NCBI GenBank assembly: GCA_030295235.1
Contig: AP026153.1
Span: 434,001-498,000 of the forward strand
Direction: 5' to 3'
DNA from: Fistulifera solaris
Lineage: Eukaryota
DNA length: 64,000 nucleotides
Each line of letters begins with the position of its first letter. Within the stretch, counting starts at the first letter, position 1. A program made the position numbers and the translations under genes. Shown here in pieces: positions 46,925 through 58,626 of the stretch. The notes under the pieces were generated by a model. It was not told the origin of the DNA. It searched no databases and saw nothing but the letters and a program-made list of their open reading frames with translations.

Positions 46925-47293
46925 TGTAGAAATGGCGTATTTAGAGTTCAGTGTCTCTGATGTTGTTGTTTGGTGACTCGCCGTTTCACTAAATTTGCTT
47001 GTCCTCCGCGTAGACTTCATTACTCAAGTTTCGTGACTAAATCCAGTCCTGGATAAGGTTGGATACTGTATACTATATAGTCAAAGACCTACTACGTATA
47101 TTACGTATGCTTCATTCATTGTGAACGGTCAACGGCGAAATTCAAAGTACTTTTAGCTTATATAATCGATTGTACTATTCAGATTTTACAGGACTTCAAC
47201 GGATAGGTCACACCAACCGCCGATATAAAATAGTACTTCGAGGAATACGGCCGGCGTTCTATCAGGCAAAGTCAAAAGATCAAACCTTGAACC

Positions 47294-47362
47294 GACGTTA
47301 AAATTCTGCCTCGCCGTAGGCTCTACGTAGAAGTTTGTACTGAGAGGCAGAATTTTAACGTC
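47294..47362. repeat. Perfect 19-bp inverted repeat with a 31-nt spacer
   Basis: GACGTTAAAATTCTGCCTC (47294-47312) and GAGGCAGAATTTTAACGTC (47344-47362). Confidence 0.9.
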
Positions 47363-47552
47363 CTTTCCTTACATTTCGTCCTCATCGCCTCCACACGCAG
47401 GTGACGACGATGAAAAAATCAGTTGGCTTTGCAATGAACGAAAGCCTTTCTTTCTTGTTTATCCGAGGAAACATTTTTGAATATAAAAAAGCAAGCTACT
47501 ACATCTTAATTTCCGCATTCGCTATAGAACATCGCCTTCGAGCTAACTGATC

Positions 47553-50500
47553 ATGCAGGAAGATTATTTTGAGTCAATTCATCCACCTGATTTGATTCAT
47601 TTCGATGGACGAAGGACGCCGGACTCTGCGTGCTCGTCTCTTTCCTCCCCCGAAAACTCACCGCTGCGTCGAAATCATCCAGACGATGTCATCTCGCCGT
47701 CTACGACTCGCACGGTGCTTCTTGTTCCGACAGGCTCGCAAATACCGTTGCCATTCGATGAGAATCAAAGAGAGGATGCTATGCAAATCGATGTTTTAAG
47801 TCAACAAAATGAAGCGGAGGAGGACGAACCGGGCCGAATCATCAATTGCGCGAGTCCTCGGAGTAATGCTTCGCAGAAGAGAATTTTGATCGACAATTCG
47901 AGGAAAAGAAAAGTGAAACACCGTATCCTCTTGATGAGAAGCGACATGCGACGGATTTAATTACCCCAGCTCATCTCAAAAAAAATGAAGATTTTGCGGA
48001 CCTTGCACTTGCACCGACGGATGAGAAAATGTCGAGTTCACTAATGCATTCGAGACCGAAGCTGCCCGCATTTTCAGAAATAAGGCAACACGGCGTAATC
48101 GAAAGCGTTGTTTCACCCAACAGCAAAGCAGGATCATTTGATGACGAACGCTTTGAGAATCCTTCCTTCACCCCAGATAAGAAAGAGGGGGAAGTCGCTT
48201 CTACTTCGATGTTTCAATCATTGGCGAATGCCACAATGTCTGCTGCCCTTCATATCGAAAACCTCATTCTAGGTCCATCCGATCCCCCTACCACACCCGA
48301 ACAACCGAGCTGGTATGCGGAAAACAAAGACACCCGAGAAAAAATATTCTCGACTATAGCGTCACCAGCTCATACAAACAGTATCGTGGATGAAACACTT
48401 AATACGAGCCAAGTTTGGAGCGAAGCTTTTTCATCACCGGACGTTTGGAATGCGGAAAAAGAATCGATGGCGAAGGGTAATACCAGTAGCGCACCGCAGA
48501 GTCCGCATGAATCGGTGGAATACACTCCCGCACATGTCTCTGCTGTGGTTCGACGATCGTTTGGGGCTGAAACAGGGACAGCTGCTTTGGACGAAGACGC
48601 ACCTGCGGACGAATCGGGACGGGTACTTTCTGGTAGCTTTCAGACGCCAGTGTCAATGAATGCTCCTGCCGACGAGTTGCGAACAGCTTATCGACGGCCG
48701 ATTGATCCTCCATCCGATGATCCAAAAGACGTTCGCGGAGATAATTACAAAATAGACCCGCCGTCAGAGCGGCAGAACGGCAACGCAATCCCGGGATTGC
48801 TGTGCAATCGCCTAATTTTGAACATGGAAGAACAAAATCAGTTTTGCCACATGAAGAAATTGACACCAGAAATATGGAAGAGGAGAAAACAAAGTCGACC
48901 TCGTTATTTACGGAGAGAGATCCGCCTCTTGACGAACGGAGACAAGACAAGAATTCTCCTAATAGACTCTCTGGGCATTGGGACATGCCGGACGACGAAC
49001 CCGCCGCGCTCATCCCAAAGAAAACACCGCAAATGTCTGAGACTGGACGGAATGATGCTAGAAACAGCTCACTAGAGCCCCCTGGAACACCGGGACCTAT
49101 ATTATCCCCTGGAAAATCGCACGATGAAGGAGAAGAGCCTCCTGAATTGAAGCGTGGAGTCGATTCCGCGTCTCCTATCCAGCATCATCGTCAAACTCAA
49201 CATATTGCTAGAGCAGATGATGGATATGCTTCGGATGGAACTGATAATCTCCTGGGCTCGTTGCAGGTGCTTATGGACGATCTCGACGATATGGCTCTGA
49301 AACGCAGCATTCGGACAAGAGGTGACCAGTCCACTTCTTTCCATTCATGCATATCTTCGGTGCGCGACGGTGTGAATGCCAGCATATTGTCGACGAGTGG
49401 TTACGGAAGTCCTTCTAAATCCGTTGATGCGCTGCAAGATGGGTTGCCTTTTCGGATCAACATGCTGAACAATGATCTTGGAATACCGGTAGGGGATGTC
49501 ATTATTTCACTGTTCAACGAAGAAGATGACGACAAACCTTGGGCTGCTCTAGTAAGCGAAGCAGTTTGGAGATGTCGCATTGTCCGAAGAAACTGCGATA
49601 CGAAATGGTTAAAAGGCAAACTGAAAAGACAGCGCGATTCATCTTGTTTAGAAAAGTCATCTAGTTTCGCATACTCGGGTGATCGACAGGTACTGGAGAG
49701 GACTATTCAAGAAGTCCAAGCAACTGCTATCCAGCATCTGAAGTATGATGAGTTAAGCGATGCTGTATTTCTCTACTCTGATATTCTGGACAGGTATACT
49801 TCTTATATTCCTGCGTTGCAAGCACTCCCTGATTCAAATCACAAGTTAAGACATCTGGGGGTGTACATTGGAATTGCGAAGTACAACCTTGGCATCATAA
49901 CGATGCTCCAGGGCGAGTTTGGAGTCGCTTGTAGCCTGTTCGAAAAGGCCGCAACGATGCTTTCTCACGAAGCGAGTATCGACCAGCTGGTAGGTTCTAC
50001 CCTTCGATGATATATTGAATATACATGCTCACAGTTGTTTCGATTTGTTTTTTCTTTATCAAGACTATACGAAGCAAAATCGCAATATGTCTGATTGCGC
50101 AGCACGAGTTTCAAAAGGCGCAAGGAATCCTTCGTGCAGTGTGCTTGCTTGCTCGCGAAAAAACAGGATCCCTTCCAGATCGCCGCCAGTTTGCGGAGGT
50201 TTTGAACAACCTCGCTTGTGTCAACTATCTTATGGATGAATACAGTGAAGCTTTTGTCGCGTTTACTCAGTCCTTGGATATTCAGCTTTCTTTATGCGAT
50301 GATGCTCTCTATTTAGGGTCAAAATTCTCTTCTCAGTCTAGTGCCATGAATGTCGCTGTAATGCGAGCTAATGTTGGATTTCTCGCTCTCGTTTCACGCG
50401 ACATTCCAACAGCCCGCATGGCATTTGAGTCTTCTTTGAAGGTAAGTTTAGAGTTGTGCCTACGCTCTTGCCTTTCTGTCCCTTTCTTGCCCTTGTGTCT

Positions 50501-50935
50501 TACGGTAACACTGTTAACCTTAGACTCAGGCATTGCTTTTGCGCGACGCTCACGCCAGTTTAGTATCCGCAATGGAACACTTAGCAATTATTCATCTTTT
50601 CGACGACGCGAGGGACAAAACATTACAGGTACGATTGGATTAAAGATCTTGTTGAACGCCTGAAACTTTTATCTGACGTCCTTGCAAAGCTTTTACGCAG
50701 AGCTCTCCACATGCAAATAGACGCTTTTGGTGCCGATGATCATCGCTGTATGCTGTCACGGAAGAAGATCAAATTGATAGAAAATGAAACTCTCACAGAT
50801 CGATTAGCCAAAGCTCTCGGCGCTGTGCCGCGTGCAAGAGATGGACCGAAAATGGTAGCCGAGCATTATCAAGGAGGAAAGACGATGGCTTCGTTTTGGT
50901 CATTATTGAGTCCGGAATCCCTTAATTCCCAGTAG
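47553..50935 (+). CDS. Large protein with a disordered N-terminus and C-terminal TPR repeats; introns and frameshifts
   Basis: TPR-like IAKYNLGII, AEVLNNLACVNY, MRANVGFL. GT-AG introns 49990..50063, 50442..50523 and 50629..50689. Overlapping ORFs 47553.., 48029.. and 48802.. need two frame changes. Confidence 0.65.
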
Positions 50936-51024
50936 TAACAAAGACTCATTTTAATAGGCAGTTGATTTCTCAAGTCTCTTATTCAAAACATTCATGTCTT
51001 TGACTATTATAATACATGCTGCAA

Positions 51025-54000
51025 TTAGCTACTTATGAAAGCTGTGTTCGTGTGAAAATTTGTCACCTTCGTCAGCCGCGCCACTAAGAACTCCTCAGCT
51101 GATGAGAATTTATCACCATCAAAAACCCCAACAGACGAAATAAGCTGAGTGCCTTTCGTCTCGATCTTATTAACCTCATTATCTTGAGAACTATGTTTTC
51201 CGTCTTTCTTTGCTCCATTTTGAATGGGCACTGCTGGCAGAATGTCGGCGGAGCGCACAGCATGATGCGATTCGTTAACGGTACTATCGGCCGCTTCCAT
51301 TAAACCCGGGCCAATATCTGTCGTCAGCGCATCATCGACAGCCGTGCCGACCAAGGAACTTGATGTCTTCTTCGTTCTTAATTTCTTCTTCTTGATCTTT
51401 TTCCCCGCGATAGTATTAAGTGGCGTTTGTATCTCTTGTTCCGGTACGTCCGTCGGCAACTCCTCTTTCGCGATGACTTCTACCCTTTCTTTACTCAGAA
51501 TGCTGGACGAGTCGTGAGGTTGTTCATCTTTACTCATGTCGGGTGTATGTCCGATATCACTCGCTATTTGAGGTTGATCCGCTGTGCCTTCTGAAATATT
51601 TCTGTTGTCCGAAGGGGATCCATTCTCCTCAATAATGCTGATAGTCTCCAGCGAGAGGGTGGCTTCCTTTTGCCCGGTGATTTCTTTTTCTTATTCTTTT
51701 TCCCCGATGTACCATTGGTTGTCGCTTGGTGTTTTTCTTCTGACATAGTGAGAAGCAACTCCTGCTCAGCAACCACGGCTTGCCACTCCTTGTAGCGCTC
51801 GTCCATCCATCGATAAACAAGTCCTAAAAGAATGCTTTCAGCTCGAAAGCTACCATGCCCTCCAAGGCACGGGCTCTCAGACCGTCCTGTTTGCTGGAGT
51901 AGCAGTCCCTTTTTCAAAGGAAAAGGAAGCTCAATTGTACTAGCTAAAGCGAGCCAACTGTAGTCGTACTTGTCTGTTACCTTCCCATCGGACATCAAAC
52001 ATTCATTGCAGTGAAGTCTATTCGCCATTAGCGGGACGCAGCGCTGCCATAAATTTGACCGTAAATTCGCCAATTTCAAAACAACATCGCTGCAATCGAA
52101 GAAGCTCAGATCTTTAGTATAATCCGCCTTTAGTAGGTCATCGTGCAATCCTTGTACTTCAAGTAAAACAAGGCTCGAAGGGTTACCCGACTGAATAACA
52201 TCATCACGAGCGAAATGCTGCTCTGCAGAATTCAAAAGTTTTTCCACCATACCAGAAAGCACTTTTCGCCTCTGTTCATGTTCCAGTATCAACTTCTGGA
52301 TAGTACCTTGATGAATGGACTCCATCACCCACTTTGTTATCGCACGTACGACGGTCTCAAGCATTTCATCGAACGACAGTGTAGATCCTTTTCCTTTCCT
52401 TCTATTAACCTGCTGGTCCATCAAATGATCGCGGTACACAGATTGGGTGATCAAATAGCGAAACCAACTCACGTTCCAAGCTACGTCTTTTCCAAGTAAC
52501 GGGTCAAGCAGGTTTACTTGAGAGTCAAGATGCGTTTGGAATTGATCAATCAAGTGGTAAGTAATCCGGTACTTTGCTTGCACAAGTAGACGATATGCTT
52601 CTCGTACTTCAGCACTGCAATACATTGCCGGGATGGTTCCTTGAGCACTGGCCATTTCTTCTATCTTCTTCTCATAATTGACCGATTCGACAGAAATATC
52701 ATTCATGGCTTTGCTGTAGACATGCCAAAGTTCACGTAGCTTCACGAAGGCCTCATCGTTACTCGACTGGTCGGTCCGACGCTCTGCCTGCAAAGTGAGC
52801 CATGCTTTTCGCTCGTCGTCGGTAGCCTCGTCTCTGAGACTGCAGTCGGAACACGCATATCGCCGACTAAAGCTAGTCACTAAAATTACCTTCTGTGTGA
52901 CCTCCCACATGGTATCGAACACGTTGCGGATTAGCTCTTGACATGTCTCGTCTGTACTTTTCATAACAGCAAAAGAGCTCATTTCAATGTTACCCCCTGC
53001 ATCATGCATCGAAGTTTGCTCTTTGAATGTGGATATGGTGTCGTTGAGACGAAATGCCCATTCACAGAAAGAGGCCTCTCTTCGGTCGCTAAGCTGCCCT
53101 ACCCGATCCAAAATTTCTGTCACCACAGTTTGCGGTAGCACCTTATCCACGCAATCGAATCCGAGTAAATCATCCATCGACACAGCAGGTAACAGTAATC
53201 CATTCTCGAGTAAAAGATAAACCTTTCCCATTTCCACGGATTTGCCATGTGTTTTGAGTTACTTTCGTCCTGTGAGGATGCTGCCGAATAGTGCAATTCC
53301 CAAAGTCCGTCCAGTACATCTTTCGATTCAGAACCCCGCGACTGACTCGGAGCCATTGAATCTCGTACAAAGTACCAGCGTTCCTTTTCTTGACCCAATC
53401 CTTCTTCCAGTGCTACATAATCGAAATGAGCTTCGGCTCGGTCCTCCTCGATGCCTCCAAAATGCAAAATGAGCATCGAGTTCTTCATCAAGTTCTCTTG
53501 AACCGCTTTCCGACAAGAATCACACGCAATGTCATTGATAGCTTGCTGCAATTTATCGGGAAGAATTTGACACCGCATCTGTTTTTCGGTCATATATTGT
53601 AAAAAGAGTCGTAAAGACGATGCCGGGGGGCGATGAATGACCGGCAAGTTCTGAATTGACTTGGCAAGGAAATTGTGCAAAAGGCGTCGGCGACGTGAAT
53701 TGCGCTCCGGAGGTACATCTTCTTTCGAGTCCATGGAAGCTGCGACTGCTTGTGATACAATAACTTCGGTGCTTTCGACATCGTTCTCTTCAATCTCCTC
53801 TATTCTCTTTTCCTCACTACTAGCTTTCTTCTTTTTCTTCTTCTTTTTCCTCTTTTCGGTCGGACTATTAACGACTGACGCCGATGAAGCCAAGCCCTCT
53901 GTTTGCAAATAATGTCGGATGGCCGAAGCCAAGTTCGACTCCTCGGTGGGCTTGACAATCTCATCTTTGATTTCTTGCAACAGACGACAGCACGGTTGAT

Positions 54001-54091
54001 CGAACCGATTGTGCAACGTATCTAGTTTCTGTGGATTGCTTTTCGGCGTAGCAGCCTTTCGTGGAGGACGCGGCATGTTCAGTGTTTGCAA
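51025..54091 (-). CDS. Large uncharacterised protein with Lys-rich NLS-like tracts; two frameshifts
   Basis: Consecutive ORFs 53120..54091, 51564..53237 and 51025..51537. One extra A at 51668-51671 links the last two. Confidence 0.65.
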
Positions 54092-54508
54092 GGAAATGAA
54101 AGTAGAGCCTTAAGAGGTGCGTGTAGTCGAGTCCCTACAATTTGCTTTCTCAGCGAAACGGTCGCTTAACAGGGAAATGATGGCTTTCGCTGGGAGAACG
54201 GAAGAACGGCCTAGCTAATCTGATCAATTTAAGATGATTCCCGACAACCAGAACAAATCAATAGTAAGAATCGGAGATTGACTTGTCTCCTGTCGTTTAT
54301 TAATGTTTTGTTTTGTGTTGCGCTGAAATAATAACGCGAAAGAGTGGCGGTAAGATTTCGTGGTCTGTCCTTCCTACGAACACGACCAAACGGCAGCTCG
54401 CACGAAGTTCTACTCACCACTTAGATCCACACAGCTAGCCATTCATTTGGAATATTGTTTAATTGAGTGTAAGTTGGTTGTCGCCTGAACACAGAGTATT
54501 TCATTAGT

Positions 54509-54805
54509 AATTGCAACGCATCGATAGGGTACAGGACTGAAATGCAGGCATGTTGAGTCGTCGTCTTGCCAAGACCGCACTATTCGATTTCGGATAGTTT
54601 CACGACCTATTGGATCAACAAAACCAACTTTAACGCACATCATAGCTCTATTTGGAATCTATCATCGTACTTGTAATATAGTTATTGCCTAGAAACCAAA
54701 GTACAGTAATTGCAATCGCAACCTATCGATATAGGGTCCGGGACTGCATCTACAATGGAGGTGAGTCGTGAGTCAGTCTCCTAAACCAACACTTCGCGGT
54801 ATAGT
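54509..54805 (+). repeat. Degenerate ~200-bp tandem dimer carrying two diverged copies of the dispersed module
   Basis: AATTGCAA..GCA..ATCGATA..GGGT.C.GGACTG at 54509 and 54708. The second copy ends AGTCAGTCTCCTAAACCAACACTTCGCGGTATAGT. Confidence 0.55.
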
Positions 54806-54917
54806 CACTGAAAATCGATGCGACATGGATATCCGAAACGCAAAAAACTAGTGCGAAAAATCAAATTGTACCGTGATAAAAAGCAGCAACTAATAATAAT
54901 CAAGTTTCTTATGTATC

Positions 54918-56507
54918 CTACAATCGACTACGGTACGGACACTGCGCTACTCCGGACTCTTTCGCCATGGCTATTGCGCTGATTTGTCGGATGGGAGGCA
55001 GTTTGCGCGCAATGGAAGCCCCATAGTCCGGATCTACATTCGTAAACAATGCCACCGCACGCTCTCGAACGGCTGGGTCGGTCACTTGTGCTATATGCTG
55101 TGCCAGATTGTCGGTGAGACGCTCGCGGGCTGCCTCATCCAAGACTTGTCGATAAAAGACACGACACTGCGAATAATTGTCTTCGTCCCCCGTCTCGACG
55201 CGGGCGACTTGACCCGTCACAGAGTCCCCATGTTCGACCGCCTCACGCGTTACCGAAGGACCACCAAACGAATTGGGAAAGTAATGGGGTGCCCCGCCTC
55301 CATTTTCCGTGGTCTGCATGGGACCATCGCGTTGATAATTCTGAACATTCGCTCGGGCCCGATTGATGGGCAAGTTGGCGTAGTTGGCCCCCAATCGATG
55401 ACGATGCGTGTCGGGATAACTAAACAAGCGCGCCTGCAACATTTTGTCGGGAGACGGCTCGATGCCGGGTACCATGTGGCTGGGAGAAAAGGCCAATTGT
55501 TCGATTTGCGCAAAATAATTGGTGGGATTCTGGTTGAGCACCATGCGTCCCACGGGACGAAGCGGATACTGTGCCTGCGGCCACACTTTTGTCAAATCAA
55601 ACGGATTGAAAGATGCGACTTGTGCTTGCTGGTAGGACATGATTTGCACGTAAAGTGTCCAGGAAGGATAGTTTCCTTGCGCAATGGCATTGTACAAATC
55701 ACGAATGGCGTAATTCGGATCACTCGCCGACAATGATTGGGCTTGCGCGGCTGTCAAATTCCGAATGCCTTGATCGGTTTTCCAGTGATACTTGACATAA
55801 CACGGCGTGCCGTCGGCACTGACATTTTTGAAGGTATGACTCCCGTACCCGTTCATGCACCGATATCCGTCCGGAATACCGCGATCTCCAAACAGGAAGG
55901 ACACTTGATGGACCGTTTCCGGCCGCAACGAAATGAAATCCCAAAACATGTTGGCATCCGGCAAATGCGTCTGTGGATTCCGCTTTTGTGTGTGAATGAA
56001 ACTCGGAAACAGGATCGGATCACGAATGAAAAAGATGGGGGTATTGTTTCCCACCAAATCCCAATTGCCTTCTTCGGTATAGAATTTGACCGCAAAACCT
56101 CGCGGATCGCGGGCCGTATCGGCCGATCCACTTTCTCCTCCGACCGTCGAAAAGCGGACCGCGACCGGTGTCTTTGGTCCGACCGATTGAAAGAGCGAGG
56201 CCCGACAGTGCGGTTGAACGTGCGTGAGTTCGAAATAACCGAAGGCTCCGGCGCCTTTGGCGTGCACGACCCGTTCCGGAATGCGTTCGCGATCGAAATG
56301 CGACAAATGATCCAACAGTGTAAAATCTTGCAAGACAATGGGTCCGTTCGGACCGGCGGTCCTGCTGCTCGTCAAGGAATCAATCGGTGCGCCGTGACTG
56401 GTGGTGGTAGTAGCAGGTTTGGCTTCGTTCATCTGCTGGTAATGAAGCAGCTGTGAGGCTGCGGGGTTATCATCTTTGATAGTAGGATTTAAATTAGAGT
56501 TTGTCAT
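54918..56507 (-). CDS. CAT: Monofunctional heme catalase with a C-terminal PTS1 (SRL)
   Basis: [17 protein letters not shown] active-site motif, [21 protein letters not shown] heme-ligand motif; ends -YRSRL. Likely start MTNSN at 56507. Confidence 0.97.
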   Translation of the reverse strand: MTNSNLNPTIKDDNPAASQLLHYQQMNEAKPATTTTSHGAPIDSLTSSRTAGPNGPIVLQDFTLLDHLSHFDRERIPERVVHAKGAGAFGYFELTHVQPHCRASLFQSVGPKTPVAVRFSTVGGESGSADTARDPRGFAVKFYTEEGNWDLVGNNTPIFFIRDPILFPSFIHTQKRNPQTHLPDANMFWDFISLRPETVHQVSFLFGDRGIPDGYRCMNGYGSHTFKNVSADGTPCYVKYHWKTDQGIRNLTAAQAQSLSASDPNYAIRDLYNAIAQGNYPSWTLYVQIMSYQQAQVASFNPFDLTKVWPQAQYPLRPVGRMVLNQNPTNYFAQIEQLAFSPSHMVPGIEPSPDKMLQARLFSYPDTHRHRLGANYANLPINRARANVQNYQRDGPMQTTENGGGAPHYFPNSFGGPSVTREAVEHGDSVTGQVARVETGDEDNYSQCRVFYRQVLDEAARERLTDNLAQHIAQVTDPAVRERAVALFTNVDPDYGASIARKLPPIRQISAIAMAKESGVAQCPYRSRL

Positions 56508-57017
56508 GATTGCTTGCTGGTTATTAAGTAACAACGAATTAAAGGTAAAGGTATAAATGAAATGCAATTGAATAATAATCAAGCAACGCGAAGATACGTG
56601 ACGACGAGAAGTATAATTTTATTGTAGCGGTGTCATGAAAGATACTTTTAGTCACGCATAATGTCAGTAGCAAGTCACGAGTTCATTGCATTGTCGCATT
56701 TGATTATTATTTGACGTTTCCAGTTTCAACTCCATCTCGAAACCACCTTTAACTTCTTTATACACTAAATTCCTTTTCATGAAAACAGCATCGATACAAA
56801 AGCTTATGCACAGAAGAACACCTTTCGTTGATGTCGAAAAGATCGCTCAAAGATACCGTCGTAACTCGCAGCAAGATGTCGTCGCTTTTCCCGGCACTCA
56901 TCGAAAGTGAAAGTCCGGACCATTTTCATGCTCAAGACCTAAATGGGAATTTCCCAAACGTTGTGAGCAAATTGTGCTTGGTAGAGCATTCGTTTAGCAT
57001 GATGTATCATCGTTCCT

Positions 57018-57665
57018 TCATTTCTTCTTTCTTCCCTTGGTGGTAACAGTCATGAACCCATCTTTATCCATTTCGGGTTCGGGTGCCGGTGGTGCGGCTT
57101 CTCCCAATTGTCGGACCGGACCTTCTGGAACAGTTGGCAATTGACTTCCCCGCGGAGGTCCGAACAAATATTGATTCGCATAGTCTCGAGCCGACAATGT
57201 ACCAGCGGATACGGCAGGTACCAGAGTCGGCGCTTCGTCGGCTTCCATGGCCTCATCGTCATCGTCATCGTCATCACATTCCGTCGATTGCACTTGAACG
57301 GGATATTCTTCGACCTGTGCCAACGCCGTTTCCGCCACAGCCACCATCTGTCGTGCCAAGGTCGTGTCACCTTGCTGACATTGTTCGTACATGCGCCAAA
57401 TCGTTTCGGCCAATTGTCGTTCCGAATCATCTTCCAAGACGACCGAAAATTCTTCTTCCATGAAAATGGCCAAATTGTCTTCTAAATCCATACAATCCAT
57501 TGCAGAAAAGTCAAATTCCAAAATGTGCTGTCGCAAATACTCGGCCTTGGCGAGCGAATCGACGCCACCCCATCCCGATTGCACGGCCGTCCGTAAAGCC
57601 GACCACGAACGCAAACATGCCGTGACGCCGGCGCGGAATTCGTCCATTGTTGAAGATGCGTTCAT
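57018..57665 (-). CDS. TSR2: Pre-rRNA-processing protein TSR2
   Basis: WSALRTAVQSGWGGVDS..K, LED.L...MEEEFSVVLEDDS, acidic tract and C-terminal DGFMTV..KGRKK. Confidence 0.9.
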   Translation of the reverse strand: MNASSTMDEFRAGVTACLRSWSALRTAVQSGWGGVDSLAKAEYLRQHILEFDFSAMDCMDLEDNLAIFMEEEFSVVLEDDSERQLAETIWRMYEQCQQGDTTLARQMVAVAETALAQVEEYPVQVQSTECDDDDDDDEAMEADEAPTLVPAVSAGTLSARDYANQYLFGPPRGSQLPTVPEGPVRQLGEAAPPAPEPEMDKDGFMTVTTKGRKKK

Positions 57666-58012
57666 TATTGTGTCGTTGTTAAATGCCTAGTCTCTCGGAT
57701 AGTCGCAAAAGAGGAGATGGAAGATGATGATGTATTCTTGTGACAAGGAAGAAAAGAAAATAAAAAACGCGATACCTGGTACTCCGTACTATTTTTTCGT
57801 GGCTCGCAGCTGTACAAAGCGGTCCGTCGGACAGACGATAGGGACTTAAGATGATTATGTCACGACTCACTCATCGCTTTACGCTTTATTTCGTCACAAA
57901 TAACAACAGAGTTATGGAGCAACAACAAATAACCAGTTAGCGCTATTTTCGTACATAACAGAAACGAAAAAAGCATGAGTGCAAAGCTTGTCATGTTCAC
58001 GCGTAGAATCCA

Positions 58013-58288
58013 AGTCTTGGCTGTCGTAAACCAACACTCCGTTTCATAGTGGAAATTCAGGGTGTCGATCCTCGGATTTTCGACGTGAAAATAAAAGAAA
58101 AAGTAGTTCAAAATCAATCATCATTGTTGTGACTTAAATACCCGGAATTATAATTATATTCGCAGTCGAATGACAATGGACGGATGCGAGAGACGCAAAA
58201 CACCCTTTGTTGTTCGGTTCATGACTTCTGTACAATTCAGTCTTGGCTGGCGTAAACTAACACTACGTTTTATAGTAGAAATTCAAAG
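58013..58288. repeat. Solo diverged copy (~1.2 units) of the 236-bp satellite
   Basis: Aligns along its length to the array unit, e.g. CGTAAACCAACACTCCGTTTCATAGTGGAAATTCA and AATTATAATTATATTCGCAGT.GAATGACAATGGACGGATGCGAGAGACGC. Confidence 0.95.
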
Positions 58289-58626
58289 ATGATGATTCAC
58301 GAAAAAATGGACTAATAGACGACTAGACCAATGAATCCAATTTCGGGTCGCTATGGCAGCTTCAACATTTTCAACACCTCCATTAATGCTATTGCACCAC
58401 AACGAATAACCAATTAGTGCTATTTTCGTGCAACAGAAACGAAGAAAGCATCATTGCAATGCTTGTATAAGGTTTATTGTTCACGCGTAGATTCCACGTA
58501 GGCCTCCGTAAGGAAATTTATCGACATAGGAGAACCCAAGCGGAAAAGTTAACGCAAACACAGCATTTTTTGTTGCACTCTCTCCCTCTTTTCACTAACA
58601 ACTCCATTATTTTTACAACAGCAATC

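Noticed and set aside
54984..56456. Long plus-strand ORFs opposite catalase (and similar ones opposite RUVBL1, HIR and TSR2)
   Set aside because: Antisense ORFs expected from codon bias in conserved genes; no recognisable motifs.
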